Virus record (IMG/VR): IMGVR_UViG_3300048018_000259 | From: an uncultured virus (IMG/VR IMGVR_UViG_3300048018_000259) | Lineage: Duplodnaviria > Heunggongvirae > Uroviricota > Caudoviricetes > Crassvirales | Length of the DNA: 64,000 nucleotides | Strand: one strand, 5' to 3' | Shown here: positions 18,355-28,168 of the stretch, in pieces | How positions within the stretch are numbered: position 1 is the first letter of the stretch | How the letters are laid out: every line of letters begins with the position of its first letter | Program-made: the position numbers and the translations under genes | Notes under the pieces: generated by a model | Told to the model about the DNA's origin: nothing | The model's database searches: none | The model's input: only the letters and a program-made list of their open reading frames with translations

Positions 18355-18663
18355 ATGGCAAGTATTATTAAAGCAAGTATTAACTTGAATGAAATCCCTA
18401 AAGATAAAATCTATGTGGGTAAGAAAGGAAAGTATCTTCCTATCACTATTACAATTAACGATGAGGTTGATGCTTACGGACAGCAAGGTCCAGTTGTTGT
18501 AGAACAAACAAAAGAAGAGCGAGAGGCTAAAGTACCAAAAGTTTATTTGGGAAATGTCAAAATCGTATGGACAAACGGTGATAATGTAGCAGCTGCACCG
18601 AGAGAGGGTCAACCTCAACAAGCAGCAGTTGCACAACCCCAAGATGATGATTTACCATTTTAA
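18355..18663 (+). CDS. Single-stranded DNA-binding protein (putative)
   Basis: C-terminal DDDLPF; located between recombination genes and the primase. Confidence 0.7.
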   Translation: MASIIKASINLNEIPKDKIYVGKKGKYLPITITINDEVDAYGQQGPVVVEQTKEEREAKVPKVYLGNVKIVWTNGDNVAAAPREGQPQQAAVAQPQDDDLPF

Positions 18664-18676
18664 TTAAATTAAATTA

Positions 18677-20386
18677 ATGCAGACAACAGAGATCAATGGA
18701 TTCTTGATTGATGAGTTCAATCAATATAAGCTTGAAGAAGGTAAAAAGCAAGGGACTTGTCCTTTGTGTTCTTCTGATAGACAACCCAAGAAGCAAAAGT
18801 TAAAATGCGCTTCATACGATTGGGAACGTGGTCTCGGTACTTGTCACAATTGTAATACATCATTTCAACTGCATACGTATCAACGTAAAGGTGCTAGTGA
18901 AAAGGTATATGTAAGACCTGAGGAGATCAAACATAATCCTCCAGCTAGCAAAGTAGTTGAATGGTTTAAGACTAGGGGAATATCTCAGAAGACTCTTGCT
19001 GAACTTAAAATCAGTGAGGGTCCTGAGTATATGCCACAGACCGGTAAAACCGAGAACGTTATAAAGTTTAACTATTTTATGGGCGATCAACTTATTAATG
19101 TTAAGTATCGCGATGGAAGAAAGAACTTTAAATTATATAAGGGTGCTGAAAAAGTATTCTATAATATAAACAGTATAATAGGTTATGAGTATTGTGTTAT
19201 AGTTGAAGGCGAAATGGACGTGTTAGCGTTACACGAAGCTGGCATAACGAATGCAATATCAGTGCCAAACGGCGCTACTTTAAATAGCAATAACCTTGAA
19301 TACTTAGATGCTTGTATAGACTATTTTGAAGACAAAGAAAAGATTATACTAGCTGTTGATTCAGACGAAGCAGGACAAGCATTGCAGTCAGAGCTTATTC
19401 GTAGGCTAGGATCTGAGGTGTGTTACTTAGCATCGTTTGATGATTGTAAAGATGCAAATGAATACTTACAAAAACATGGAAAAGACAAACTATCAGAGCG
19501 TATTTCAGGGGCAAGACCAGTACCACTGGAGAATGTTACAACGTTCAGGGATATTGAAGACGAAGTTACGGACTTTGTGCGTAATGGTTTCAAACCTGGA
19601 TTTCAAGTTGGCTTACAAAACTTTGACGATATATTTTCAACTTACACTGGTCAATTCATTACTGTCACTGGTATTCCATCTTCCGGTAAAAGTGATTTTG
19701 TCGACCAAATGGTTGTTGGCTATAACCAAAACTATGGCTGGAAAACGGCGTTTGCTTCACCAGAAAATGTACCAACATATTTACATGCGCATAAGTTGAT
19801 GCGTAAAACTTGGCAAGGTATGCCAACAAGAGATGATATTGGTACTGATCGCTGGAATCAAGTAGCTGATCATTGCAATACTAATTACTTTCATATTGAT
19901 ATGGAACGTTACACTCTTGAATCAGTGCTCAGGAAAGGCGCAGAGCTTGTTAAGCGTAAAGGAATTAAATGTTTAGTTATAGATCCGTATAACAAGGTTA
20001 GAGACGTTGATTGTAAAACAGAAGACGTTAACCGTTATACAATGGAATACTTAACTAAGATTGAAATCTTTGCTAAGAAATATGATGTACTAGTATTTAT
20101 AGTAGCTCACCCTACTAAGATGTATAAAACACAAGACGGTAAAATTGAAGAGCCATCAATGTATAACATTAAAGGCGGCGGTGAATGGTATGATGCTAGT
20201 TATCATGGCTTACTGGTTCACAGAGATTATGAAGCTAAGACCGTTAAAGCTAAGGTCCTTAAAGTTAAGTTTCAAAACCTTGGCGAAAATGGCGCTGAAG
20301 CTCATTTTAAATGGGAACCAAAGTCAGGTTGCTTTATACCACACGAAGAAGTTAATGTGTCGGGTGAAAAAATGCCGTGGGAATAA
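18677..20386 (+). CDS. T7 gp4/Twinkle-like DNA primase-helicase
   Basis: Zn finger CPLC...CHNC; TOPRIM EGEMD...DSDEAG; Walker A GIPSSGKS; IDPYN; VAHP. Confidence 0.93.
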   Translation: MQTTEINGFLIDEFNQYKLEEGKKQGTCPLCSSDRQPKKQKLKCASYDWERGLGTCHNCNTSFQLHTYQRKGASEKVYVRPEEIKHNPPASKVVEWFKTRGISQKTLAELKISEGPEYMPQTGKTENVIKFNYFMGDQLINVKYRDGRKNFKLYKGAEKVFYNINSIIGYEYCVIVEGEMDVLALHEAGITNAISVPNGATLNSNNLEYLDACIDYFEDKEKIILAVDSDEAGQALQSELIRRLGSEVCYLASFDDCKDANEYLQKHGKDKLSERISGARPVPLENVTTFRDIEDEVTDFVRNGFKPGFQVGLQNFDDIFSTYTGQFITVTGIPSSGKSDFVDQMVVGYNQNYGWKTAFASPENVPTYLHAHKLMRKTWQGMPTRDDIGTDRWNQVADHCNTNYFHIDMERYTLESVLRKGAELVKRKGIKCLVIDPYNKVRDVDCKTEDVNRYTMEYLTKIEIFAKKYDVLVFIVAHPTKMYKTQDGKIEEPSMYNIKGGGEWYDASYHGLLVHRDYEAKTVKAKVLKVKFQNLGENGAEAHFKWEPKSGCFIPHEEVNVSGEKMPWE

Positions 20387-20647
20387 ATGGGTAGCGGATT
20401 TAAGGCTAAGAAAGGCCAGGTAAATATGGGTACAACAACAATGGACCCTAAGCTGTGGGAAGCATATAGATGGTGTGTTAGAAATAACATAGCTATATCT
20501 CCTAAAGCTAAATCGCCAACCGCTTGGTATGTAGATATTAAAAACAAAGGTAAAACACATACAAGCCCTGAAACGTATGGCAAAACAGAAATATGGGAAA
20601 AAATATTTGAATATTGTAAATTTTATTATGACAAACATAGAAGATGA
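20387..20647 (+). CDS. Hypothetical protein (86 aa)
   Basis: Packed between the helicase and thyA. Confidence 0.65.
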   Translation: MGSGFKAKKGQVNMGTTTMDPKLWEAYRWCVRNNIAISPKAKSPTAWYVDIKNKGKTHTSPETYGKTEIWEKIFEYCKFYYDKHRR

Positions 20648-21467
20648 ATATAAAAAGCTTATGGAAACAATCCTTTTCGAAGGCCTGGATAAAGCAGATC
20701 GAACAGGCACAGGGACAACCTCTATCTTCGGAGCAACGATTAGACATGATATGTCAATGGGATTCCCTATGCTTACAAGAAAGCGAGTTAGTTTCAAAGC
20801 TGCAAAAACAGAGTTGCTATGGATCTTACAAGGCAGAACAGACCTAAAATACTTAGAGGATAACGGTGTTAAGTATTGGCGGCCAGATTACGAACGATCA
20901 GATAGAACAGATGAAACACTAGGTCCTGTATATGGCAAGCAATGGCGTGATTTCGGAGGTGTAGATCAGCTTTGGCAACTTGTGCACAATATTAAGTGTA
21001 ATCCAAATTCTAGGCGCTTAATGGTTAGTGCATGGAATCCAGCTGAAATGAAGGATATGGTTTTACCACCGTGTCATTACGGCTTTCAAGTTTATATAAA
21101 CAACGGTAAGCTAGACCTTATGTGGCAACAAAGATCAGCAGATGTTTTTCTTGGCCTACCGTACGATATTGCAATGTATGGCTTATTACTCGAGTTATTA
21201 GCTAAAGGCTCTAATATGAAGCCTGGGCAGCTAATAGGGCAGCTTGGTGATTGTCACTTATATAACAATCATTTAGAACAGTCTTTAATATACTTGGACA
21301 GGCCACAGAGAGCATTGCCTGAATTATATATACATGAAGGTATCTATATGTACTCTGAATTGGGTAAACTAGAAAACAAAGTTTTCATACCAGAGTTGAA
21401 TCAAATTAAATTAATAAACTACAATCCTTATCCTGCGATTAAAGCAGAATTAAGTGTTGGCAAATAA
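20628..21467 (+). CDS. thyA: Thymidylate synthase
   Basis: DRTGTGT, LGPVYGKQWR, NSRR, LPPCH, QRSADVFLGLPYD, HLYNNH; likely start MTNIED. Confidence 0.95.
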   Translation: MTNIEDEYKKLMETILFEGLDKADRTGTGTTSIFGATIRHDMSMGFPMLTRKRVSFKAAKTELLWILQGRTDLKYLEDNGVKYWRPDYERSDRTDETLGPVYGKQWRDFGGVDQLWQLVHNIKCNPNSRRLMVSAWNPAEMKDMVLPPCHYGFQVYINNGKLDLMWQQRSADVFLGLPYDIAMYGLLLELLAKGSNMKPGQLIGQLGDCHLYNNHLEQSLIYLDRPQRALPELYIHEGIYMYSELGKLENKVFIPELNQIKLINYNPYPAIKAELSVGK

Positions 21468-21476
21468 ACTAAAATT

Positions 21477-22247
21477 ATGTATTATTTATACCACATACCT
21501 GGTAAAAAGATCGGCGTTACACGTGATCTTAATACACGGGTTACCCTTATACAAGGTTATAAGGAGAATGAGTATGAAGTTCTTGAACAGTCAGACGATA
21601 TAGATTATATATCAGACCGTGAAATAGAGCTTCAAAAGTCTTATGGCTACAAAGTTGATAGGACAAAATATAATAAGTTAAATAAAAAATCTAATCAAAT
21701 GAAAATTAACGCTACAGAGCAGACTAGTACATTTCCTTGTCCGTTAAATAAGCTTAAAGGCCGTTTAATGGACAATATAGGCTTAAGCTGGGAAACATCT
21801 CACGGTGATTTTGAAATTAAAGCTGAATATGTTAACTGGATAGAAGCCAATGCTAAAAGCTCTATGTATAATGACAAACGATGCTACATATACAATAAAG
21901 CTTTTTATGAAGCGTTCTTTAATCCTAAAGATAATGTTTCTTGGAATCAAAACGAAAGATTTGAGCTTATAAGAAAATGGGCAACCGAAAGAGGCATATA
22001 TACTAAAGGTAATTCGCATACACAATATGTTAAACTTATGGAAGAAGCCGGCGAACTTGCTCAAGCATTGCTTAAGAAAGATGCATATGAAGTTAAAGAT
22101 GCTATAGGCGATATGGTTGTAGTTCTTACAAACTTAGCAGCGCTTGAAGGTATGCAAATTGAAAACTGTATTGATGCAGCTTACGGCGAAATAGCAAATC
22201 GTAAAGGTAAAATGATTAATGGAACATTTGTAAAACAAACGCTATGA
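21477..22247 (+). CDS. MazG-like NTP pyrophosphohydrolase with N-terminal GIY-YIG-like extension
   Basis: C-terminal KLMEEAGEL...DAIGD; N-terminal YLY..KIGVT.DL..R...E. Confidence 0.75.
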   Translation: MYYLYHIPGKKIGVTRDLNTRVTLIQGYKENEYEVLEQSDDIDYISDREIELQKSYGYKVDRTKYNKLNKKSNQMKINATEQTSTFPCPLNKLKGRLMDNIGLSWETSHGDFEIKAEYVNWIEANAKSSMYNDKRCYIYNKAFYEAFFNPKDNVSWNQNERFELIRKWATERGIYTKGNSHTQYVKLMEEAGELAQALLKKDAYEVKDAIGDMVVVLTNLAALEGMQIENCIDAAYGEIANRKGKMINGTFVKQTL

Positions 22248-22480
22248 GTAAACAAGAAATAGAATTTAGAGACCCAGTAGTTAAGCGTGTTGTAAACAAA
22301 TTCGTATCAAGATCTGATGTAGGCTTCGCAAAGTATGGCGTAACACTTGACAAAGATCCATCTGAAATGTTTCAATGGCTTAATCATTTACAAGAAGAAC
22401 TTATGGATGCAGTGCTATATTTGCAAAAAGCTAAAGAAGTTTACACAGAAAACTTACAAGATGAAGAGGCAACCTTATAA
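22244..22480 (+). CDS. Small all-alpha nucleotide pyrophosphatase-like phage protein
   Basis: G..KYG.TL...WLNHLQEELMDAVLY. Confidence 0.55.
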   Translation: MSKQEIEFRDPVVKRVVNKFVSRSDVGFAKYGVTLDKDPSEMFQWLNHLQEELMDAVLYLQKAKEVYTENLQDEEATL

Positions 22481-22922
22481 ACGAAAAAGTAAAAAGCGAG
22501 GACCTGTTGTGTCAAGGAAGGTTACCTATGACGGTATCAACTTTGCATCAGGTCTTGAACGCTATATGTATATGGCTTTAAGAAAAGCTAAAATAAAATC
22601 TAAATACGAAGGAGAAACGTTTGTATTACTTAATGGTTTTCATTTTGAAAACGAAGTATACGAACGTCAATCTAACGGCAAAGGTGATTATAAAAATAGA
22701 GGATGCAAACGCATATTACCTATAAAATATACACCGGATTTTATTGGCGAAGACTTTATAATTGAAACTAAAGGTAGAGCAAACGAATCGTTTCCTATGC
22801 GCTGGAAGCTATTTAAACAGCTAATAGTAAGACAATTTCCTGGCTATACATTATACAAACCACAAAATCAAAAAGAATGCGACGAGACCGTAAGCATAAT
22901 CCTTTCGAAGCAAAAAGGATAG
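22461..22922 (+). CDS. T7 endonuclease I-like PD-(D/E)XK nuclease/resolvase
   Basis: FASGLE, YTPDF, IIETKG; likely start MKRQPY. Confidence 0.8.
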   Translation: MKRQPYKRKSKKRGPVVSRKVTYDGINFASGLERYMYMALRKAKIKSKYEGETFVLLNGFHFENEVYERQSNGKGDYKNRGCKRILPIKYTPDFIGEDFIIETKGRANESFPMRWKLFKQLIVRQFPGYTLYKPQNQKECDETVSIILSKQKG

Positions 22923-23186
22923 CAAGACAAAAATACGCTGAGCGTCAAATTGATAAGTTTGTTAAATGGAGCTGGGAAATGCGAGGCAAAGTTAAATATA
23001 AAGAACTAGTAGAATTACAAAAAAAATACGGAATAATATGAAAAAAGAAAATAAAGTAGCTTGGACTATTGAAGTTGGGTTTTATCCCGGCGTGCTACTA
23101 GGTATTAGAACATATGAAGAACCAGAACATACAACGCATGTATTATACATACCGTTTGTGGACTTAGCACTTTGTATTTACAAATA

Positions 23187-24155
23187 ATGGGGTTGTTTGA
23201 TGAGCGCGTAGCGTACAAACCGTTTGAATACCCTGAATATTATACAGAAGGTTGGTTAAAACAAGCTCAAGCATTTTGGTTACACACTGAAATCTCAATG
23301 CAGAGCGATATAAAAGATTGGAATGAAAAACTTAACGAAAAAGAAAAACACCTTGTCGGGAACATACTTCTTGGCTTCGCGCAGACAGAATGCGCGGTAT
23401 CAGACTATTGGACCCAGAACGTCGTATCGTGGTTTCCTAAACACGAAATAAGACAAATGGCTATGATGTTCGGCTCACAGGAAACTGTGCATGCCGTAGC
23501 ATATAGCTACTTAAATGAAACTTTAAAACTAGAGGACTATGAAGCGTTTTTACACGAACCAGCCACGTCTGCAAGATTTGATAATTTGGTTGCTTATAAC
23601 GGCAGCGATTCTATTGGTATTGCGAAAAGCCTGGCTGTATTTTCAGCCTTCGCTGAAGGAGTTAGTTTGTATAGTGCTTTTGCAGTGCTGTATAGTTTTC
23701 AGCTTCGAAATTTACTCAAGGGTATCGGGCAACAAATGAAATGGTCAGTAAGGGATGAATCATTGCACAGTAAGATGGGCTGCAAGCTATATCGCGATAT
23801 GTGCAGTGAAAATGATCAATTACTGCATTTATGTCGAGAAGATATAATTAAAGCTGCCGAAACAATGGTAAAGCTTGAAAGTAGCTATATCGACAAAATG
23901 TTTGAGGCCGGAGATATTGAAGGTATATCAGCTAATGATTTAAAACAATTTATAAAAAAGAGAGCAAATGAAAAACTTGTGGAACTCGGTTATGTTGACC
24001 TTGGATCGTATTTCGCGTATGACACTAAAGCAGCAAGTAATCTTGATTGGTTCTATCATCTTACCGGCGGGGTCACTCATACTGATTTTTTCGCAACTAG
24101 GCCAACTGATTACTCAAAGGCTGGAGAGGGCGAGGACTTCGAAGATATTTGGTAG
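23187..24155 (+). CDS. nrdB: Class I ribonucleotide reductase beta subunit
   Basis: Di-iron ligands ETVH, EGV, DESLH; radical Tyr in AYSY; DFF C-terminus. Confidence 0.95.
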   Translation: MGLFDERVAYKPFEYPEYYTEGWLKQAQAFWLHTEISMQSDIKDWNEKLNEKEKHLVGNILLGFAQTECAVSDYWTQNVVSWFPKHEIRQMAMMFGSQETVHAVAYSYLNETLKLEDYEAFLHEPATSARFDNLVAYNGSDSIGIAKSLAVFSAFAEGVSLYSAFAVLYSFQLRNLLKGIGQQMKWSVRDESLHSKMGCKLYRDMCSENDQLLHLCREDIIKAAETMVKLESSYIDKMFEAGDIEGISANDLKQFIKKRANEKLVELGYVDLGSYFAYDTKAASNLDWFYHLTGGVTHTDFFATRPTDYSKAGEGEDFEDIW

Positions 24156-24232
24156 TATAGATATAACTGAAGAAGAAATATACAAAGATCTTAACTGGAA
24201 TGGTATGAGAGATTTTGTTAAAAAAAACAACA

Positions 24233-24472
24233 ATGAAAGGACAAAAACAAAGTAAAACAGATTTATTAGAAAAAAGACAGCAAGCTCTTATAAAGGTTGT
24301 GCAACAACTGTTAGATGAAAATGCATATCTTAAAGACCTATCAGTAGGTACATTAGAAACAATTAAACAAATGCCAGATTATGAGGATGCAATTGAAAAA
24401 CTTAAAACAAAAGTTGCTGAAGAATCTAGTAAGGCAGAAGAGGCTAAGTCCTTGGAAGCGACTAGCGACTAG
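24233..24472 (+). CDS. Hypothetical coiled-coil protein
   Basis: MKGQKQSK...; located between nrdB and nrdA. Confidence 0.55.
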   Translation: MKGQKQSKTDLLEKRQQALIKVVQQLLDENAYLKDLSVGTLETIKQMPDYEDAIEKLKTKVAEESSKAEEAKSLEATSD

Positions 24473-24647
24473 AGCAGGATATATGGGAGCAGGCTTTTTG
24501 ATAGCAGCTCAATGGACATTAGAACCTAGGCTTTATATCCTAGGTTTTATATGTGTAATGGTGCAAACAGCATCAAGAAAACAATGGAACTTAGTAGCTT
24601 TAAACTTAAACGGTTTAATAGCTTGGATTAAACACTTTATAGCATAA
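24381..24647 (+). CDS. Small membrane protein (start uncertain)
   Basis: About three hydrophobic segments. Confidence 0.55.
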   Translation: MRMQLKNLKQKLLKNLVRQKRLSPWKRLATRAGYMGAGFLIAAQWTLEPRLYILGFICVMVQTASRKQWNLVALNLNGLIAWIKHFIA

Positions 24648-24650
24648 AAT

Positions 24651-26369
24651 ATGTGGGATGAAAATTGGAAAAAAGGAGAAGATTACCCTTCGTGGGGTAA
24701 TACAGACGTATACAAGAAGACTATATCCGGGGGATATTTATACGACGGAGAAACACCTCGTGAAGCATACCAAAGAGTCAGTAAAACGGTTGCTCGTAGA
24801 TTATATAAACCGGAAATGGCCGAAACGTTTTTTAATTATATTTGGAATGGTTGGCTATGTCTTGCTAGCCCTGTGCTTTCAAACACTGGGACTGATCGTG
24901 GGTTACCTATTAGTTGCTTTGGTATTGATGTTGCAGACTCAATACAAGACATAGGACAAAAGAATCTAGAGATGATGCTACTCGCTAAGCACGGCGGTGG
25001 AGTTGGTATCGGTATAAATCAAATAAGACCCGCCGGCGCTAGAATTACAGGCAATGGAACATCAGATGGAGTCGTGCCCTTTTGCAAGATATACGACAGC
25101 ACAATACTTGCAACAAACCAAGGATCAGTCAGAAGAGGTGCTGCTTCCGTTAATATTAACATTGAGCACGAGGATTTTGAAGAGTGGCTTGATATTCGAG
25201 AACCAAAAGGCGATGTCAACAGACAATCACTTAATTTACATCAATGCGCAATCATTGGTGATAAGTTTATGCGAAAGCTTGAACAAGGAGATGCAGAAGC
25301 TAGAAATAAATGGAGCAAACTGCTTAGAAAGCGAAAAGCAACTGGAGAACCGTATATCATGTTTAAAGGAAACGTTAATAAAAAGAATCCAAAAGCATAC
25401 AAAGAAAACGGATTAAAAGTACATATGACAAACATATGTTCAGAAATTGCATTACACACCGATGAGAACCACAGCTTTGTCTGTTGTTTATCGTCATTAA
25501 ACTTAGCAAAATATGATGAATGGAAAAACACTAACCTTATATACGACTCCATATGGTTTCTTGATGGGGTTATGGAGGAATTTATTCAAAGAGCAAAAGG
25601 ACTTAGAGGTTTTGAAAATGCCATTCGTAGTGCTCAGAAAGGACGAGCTCTTGGGCTGGGTGTCTTGGGATGGCACACGTATCTCCAAGAGAAAGGAATA
25701 CCTTTTGAAGGTTTGCTATCTCAGTTTGAAACTAGGAGAATATTTTCGCAGATTAAAATTGAAAGTGAAAGGGCTAGTATGGTTCTTGCAGAAACTTATG
25801 GTGAACCTTTATGGTGCGCTGGAACTGGTATGCGTAATACTCATCTTCGCGCTGTTGCTCCTACCGTTAGCAATAGTAAGCTCAGCGGCAATGTCTCGGC
25901 GGGAATAGAACCCTGGGCAGCTAATGTGTTTACTGAACAATCAGCTAAAGGAACGTTTATACGTAAAAATCCTACGCTTGTTAAATTACTTAGAAAACAT
26001 AAAATAAATACAAATGAAATATGGAATAAGATATTGGCTGATGGTGGGTCTGTCCAAAATATTGTTGAACTTAATGATATTGTTATGGGACACGAAGTCC
26101 CCGCAAAAGAAGTCTTTAAAACGTTTAAGGAAATCAATCAACTAGAATTAGTTAATCAAGCTGGACTGAGACAGCAATATGTAGATCAGTCTGTTAGTTT
26201 AAACTTAGCTTTCCCAAGCGTAGCAACGCCCAAATGGCTTAATAAGGTGCATTTCGAGGCTTGGAAGAAAGGAGTTAAGACTTTATACTATACAAGAACA
26301 GAAAGCGTCTTACGGGGCGATATTGCACAGCAAGCAATGAATGAAGATTGTTTAGCGTGTGATGGTTAA
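24651..26369 (+). CDS. nrdA: Class I ribonucleotide reductase alpha subunit (no ATP cone)
   Basis: ISCF, GGGVG, TNICSEI, APTVS, TLYY, C-terminal CLAC. Confidence 0.95.
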   Translation: MWDENWKKGEDYPSWGNTDVYKKTISGGYLYDGETPREAYQRVSKTVARRLYKPEMAETFFNYIWNGWLCLASPVLSNTGTDRGLPISCFGIDVADSIQDIGQKNLEMMLLAKHGGGVGIGINQIRPAGARITGNGTSDGVVPFCKIYDSTILATNQGSVRRGAASVNINIEHEDFEEWLDIREPKGDVNRQSLNLHQCAIIGDKFMRKLEQGDAEARNKWSKLLRKRKATGEPYIMFKGNVNKKNPKAYKENGLKVHMTNICSEIALHTDENHSFVCCLSSLNLAKYDEWKNTNLIYDSIWFLDGVMEEFIQRAKGLRGFENAIRSAQKGRALGLGVLGWHTYLQEKGIPFEGLLSQFETRRIFSQIKIESERASMVLAETYGEPLWCAGTGMRNTHLRAVAPTVSNSKLSGNVSAGIEPWAANVFTEQSAKGTFIRKNPTLVKLLRKHKINTNEIWNKILADGGSVQNIVELNDIVMGHEVPAKEVFKTFKEINQLELVNQAGLRQQYVDQSVSLNLAFPSVATPKWLNKVHFEAWKKGVKTLYYTRTESVLRGDIAQQAMNEDCLACDG

Positions 26370-26373
26370 AATC

Positions 26374-26404
26374 AAAAAAGGGCTCTCGTAATGAGGGCCC
26401 TTTC
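26374..26404. terminator. Intrinsic terminator at the strand convergence, likely bidirectional
   Basis: AAAAAAGGGCTCTC-GTAAT-GAGGGCCCTTT. Confidence 0.75.
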
Positions 26405-26453
26405 TGGTTACAGGAACTTTTAGGTATGGTACGCCTATTTATCTTGTTCCTTT

Positions 26454-26729
26454 TTATTTTTCACCACATTTTTTACTTGGATTCGCAACTTGTCTCCAAT
26501 CTTGTTTAACCCAATCTTCAAGACTATTTGCAGCAGTTCCGCTAACATTGCTTTTGCTAGACCTTACTCTTTTACCTTTACTTCCTGCAGATTTTTTAGC
26601 ATTAATAACTTTCTTTTTTTCTGCTGCGCTCATACTAGCTATTTTTGCTTTTGGCAAACAGGCTTTAGTAGTTCCGCCGCCTTTTGATCCTTTATGAAAA
26701 GGAGGATTTATATAAAACGCCATTAACAC
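26454..26729 (-). CDS. Small Lys-rich protein (DUF5872-like motifs)
   Basis: CLPKAK...MS and W..QDW...KKCG motifs. Confidence 0.6.
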   Translation of the reverse strand: MLMAFYINPPFHKGSKGGGTTKACLPKAKIASMSAAEKKKVINAKKSAGSKGKRVRSSKSNVSGTAANSLEDWVKQDWRQVANPSKKCGEK

Positions 26730-26971
26730 TTACCTTTACCTTGTTGCTTTGAAGCCCACATATTAGCATAAGCAGATGGATACACATCAAACTTTTTTCT
26801 AGCAGCGGCTTTGCAACTTGCAGTTAATTTTCTTTTTCTTGTTTTTTTAAGCGGGGATTCCATATCGTCAATATGGCTTTCAATTTCTTTTGATTGCTTT
26901 AAGTGCATTTTAGAAGCTCCCGCTAGCTCCTTAACTATTTCAGCTAATCTTCCTTTTTTTAATTTTCCCAT
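26723..26971 (-). CDS. Small basic protein
   Basis: KKFDVYPSAYAN motif common in marine phage small proteins. Confidence 0.6.
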   Translation of the reverse strand: MGKLKKGRLAEIVKELAGASKMHLKQSKEIESHIDDMESPLKKTRKRKLTASCKAAARKKFDVYPSAYANMWASKQQGKGKC

Positions 26972-26975
26972 TTAT

Positions 26976-27401
26976 TTATATATTACAATATTCTTTATTA
27001 GCATCAAAGCACGGACAACTTTTCGCAGCAAATTCATTGTGGCCATGTATTGTTGCACTTGTATGCATTTTTTTTAATGTTTTAAGCAATAATAATAAGC
27101 TTTCTTTTTGCTCAGGTGTTCTAGTGTCTTTAGCAATCCATTTACCATTGTCTCCTCTTTCTTCTTCAACTCCTCCAATATAACAAATGCCTATAGAATT
27201 TTTATTCATTCCTTTAACGTGAGCTCCTGGTTCATATACGCTACGGCCATATTCTATTGTACCGTCTAGCAAAACAACGTAGTGGTAGCCTATGCCTTTC
27301 CAACCTCTTTTTAAATGCCATCGGTTTATTTCAGCAGCATCTAAATGTCTACCTTCCTGTGTAGCGGAGCAATGAACAACTATTTTATCTATGCTTCGCA
27401 T
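26976..27401 (-). CDS. Endolysin, N-acetylmuramoyl-L-alanine amidase (T7 lysozyme-like)
   Basis: IVVHCSAT, GIGYHY, GAHVKG.N..SIGIC, GH...KSCP. Confidence 0.93.
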   Translation of the reverse strand: MRSIDKIVVHCSATQEGRHLDAAEINRWHLKRGWKGIGYHYVVLLDGTIEYGRSVYEPGAHVKGMNKNSIGICYIGGVEEERGDNGKWIAKDTRTPEQKESLLLLLKTLKKMHTSATIHGHNEFAAKSCPCFDANKEYCNI

Positions 27402-27721
27402 TAGTCCGATATTAAAGCTTGTAATGAATAAGTTTTATTATTATACTTAATAGCTGGCCCTTCTATGTTTTTTCTAAAATAGTCGGTTGCTTTTTTAGAA
27501 TCTGTCATATTGCTATAAGTATTTATAGCGTCCATAGCTTGCTTGTATTTAGGATGCTTTACTTTGTCTCCTTCAGGTATTGGGTTGTCGCTCCAGTTAA
27601 CTCTTTTGTTTTTTATTGTTCCTAGGTTAACTTCTGGTAATTTTTCTGTTTTTATTTTTGGATCTATTCCGTTTTTTTTACAAGGGGATCCTATATATTT
27701 TTTATAAAGTCCTGATTCCAT
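27401..27721 (-). CDS. Hypothetical protein
   Basis: Likely start MESGLY rather than the longer track start. Confidence 0.55.
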   Translation of the reverse strand: MESGLYKKYIGSPCKKNGIDPKIKTEKLPEVNLGTIKNKRVNWSDNPIPEGDKVKHPKYKQAMDAINTYSNMTDSKKATDYFRKNIEGPAIKYNNKTYSLQALISD

Positions 27722-27722
27722 A

Positions 27723-28010
27723 TTATTTTTTTTCTTTATGTTTATTACAAAAGCTTTTTGCAGCACCGACGCTTCCAAAACCCCATTTTTTTAAAGCCAT
27801 AGCTTTTCTTGTTGGCTCGCCTTTAGCATCTTTCATAGCGCCTGCCATCCCTGCAAATCTACATGCAAACGATACTCTTCGTTTTCCAGTACCTGATGTT
27901 TGTCTTGACCCTAAAGTTTTACCTGTTTCTTTTTTGTACTTAGATCGCATTTTGCGATTAGACTTTTCATAAGCTTGTTCCTTTATGAAAAGAGGTGAAT
28001 TGTTTTCCAT
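27723..28010 (-). CDS. Small basic protein (DUF6321-like)
   Basis: RRVSFACRF.GM...ALKKWG. Confidence 0.65.
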   Translation of the reverse strand: MENNSPLFIKEQAYEKSNRKMRSKYKKETGKTLGSRQTSGTGKRRVSFACRFAGMAGAMKDAKGEPTRKAMALKKWGFGSVGAAKSFCNKHKEKK

Positions 28011-28165
28011 TACTTTTCTTGTTTAAGTTTAATCCATTTTGTTAAAGTATACCCTATAGTTATTAAGAGTAAAAAAATTTTTAATCCATCTTCTATTTGC
28101 GTAAAAGTGGTTATACTTAATGCTCCTGCATTAATGGCGTATAATTTCATGTCTGATATGCTCAT
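28010..28165 (-). CDS. Small membrane protein, holin-like (51 aa)
   Basis: MSISDMKLYAINAGALSITTFTQIEDGLKIFLLLITIGYTLTKWIKLKQEK; two hydrophobic segments and a basic tail near the amidase. Confidence 0.55.
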   Translation of the reverse strand: MSISDMKLYAINAGALSITTFTQIEDGLKIFLLLITIGYTLTKWIKLKQEK

Positions 28166-28168
28166 TGG

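Noticed and set aside
26978..27006. Additional class 2 promoter
   Set aside because: GTAATATAT is present but the upstream element does not match
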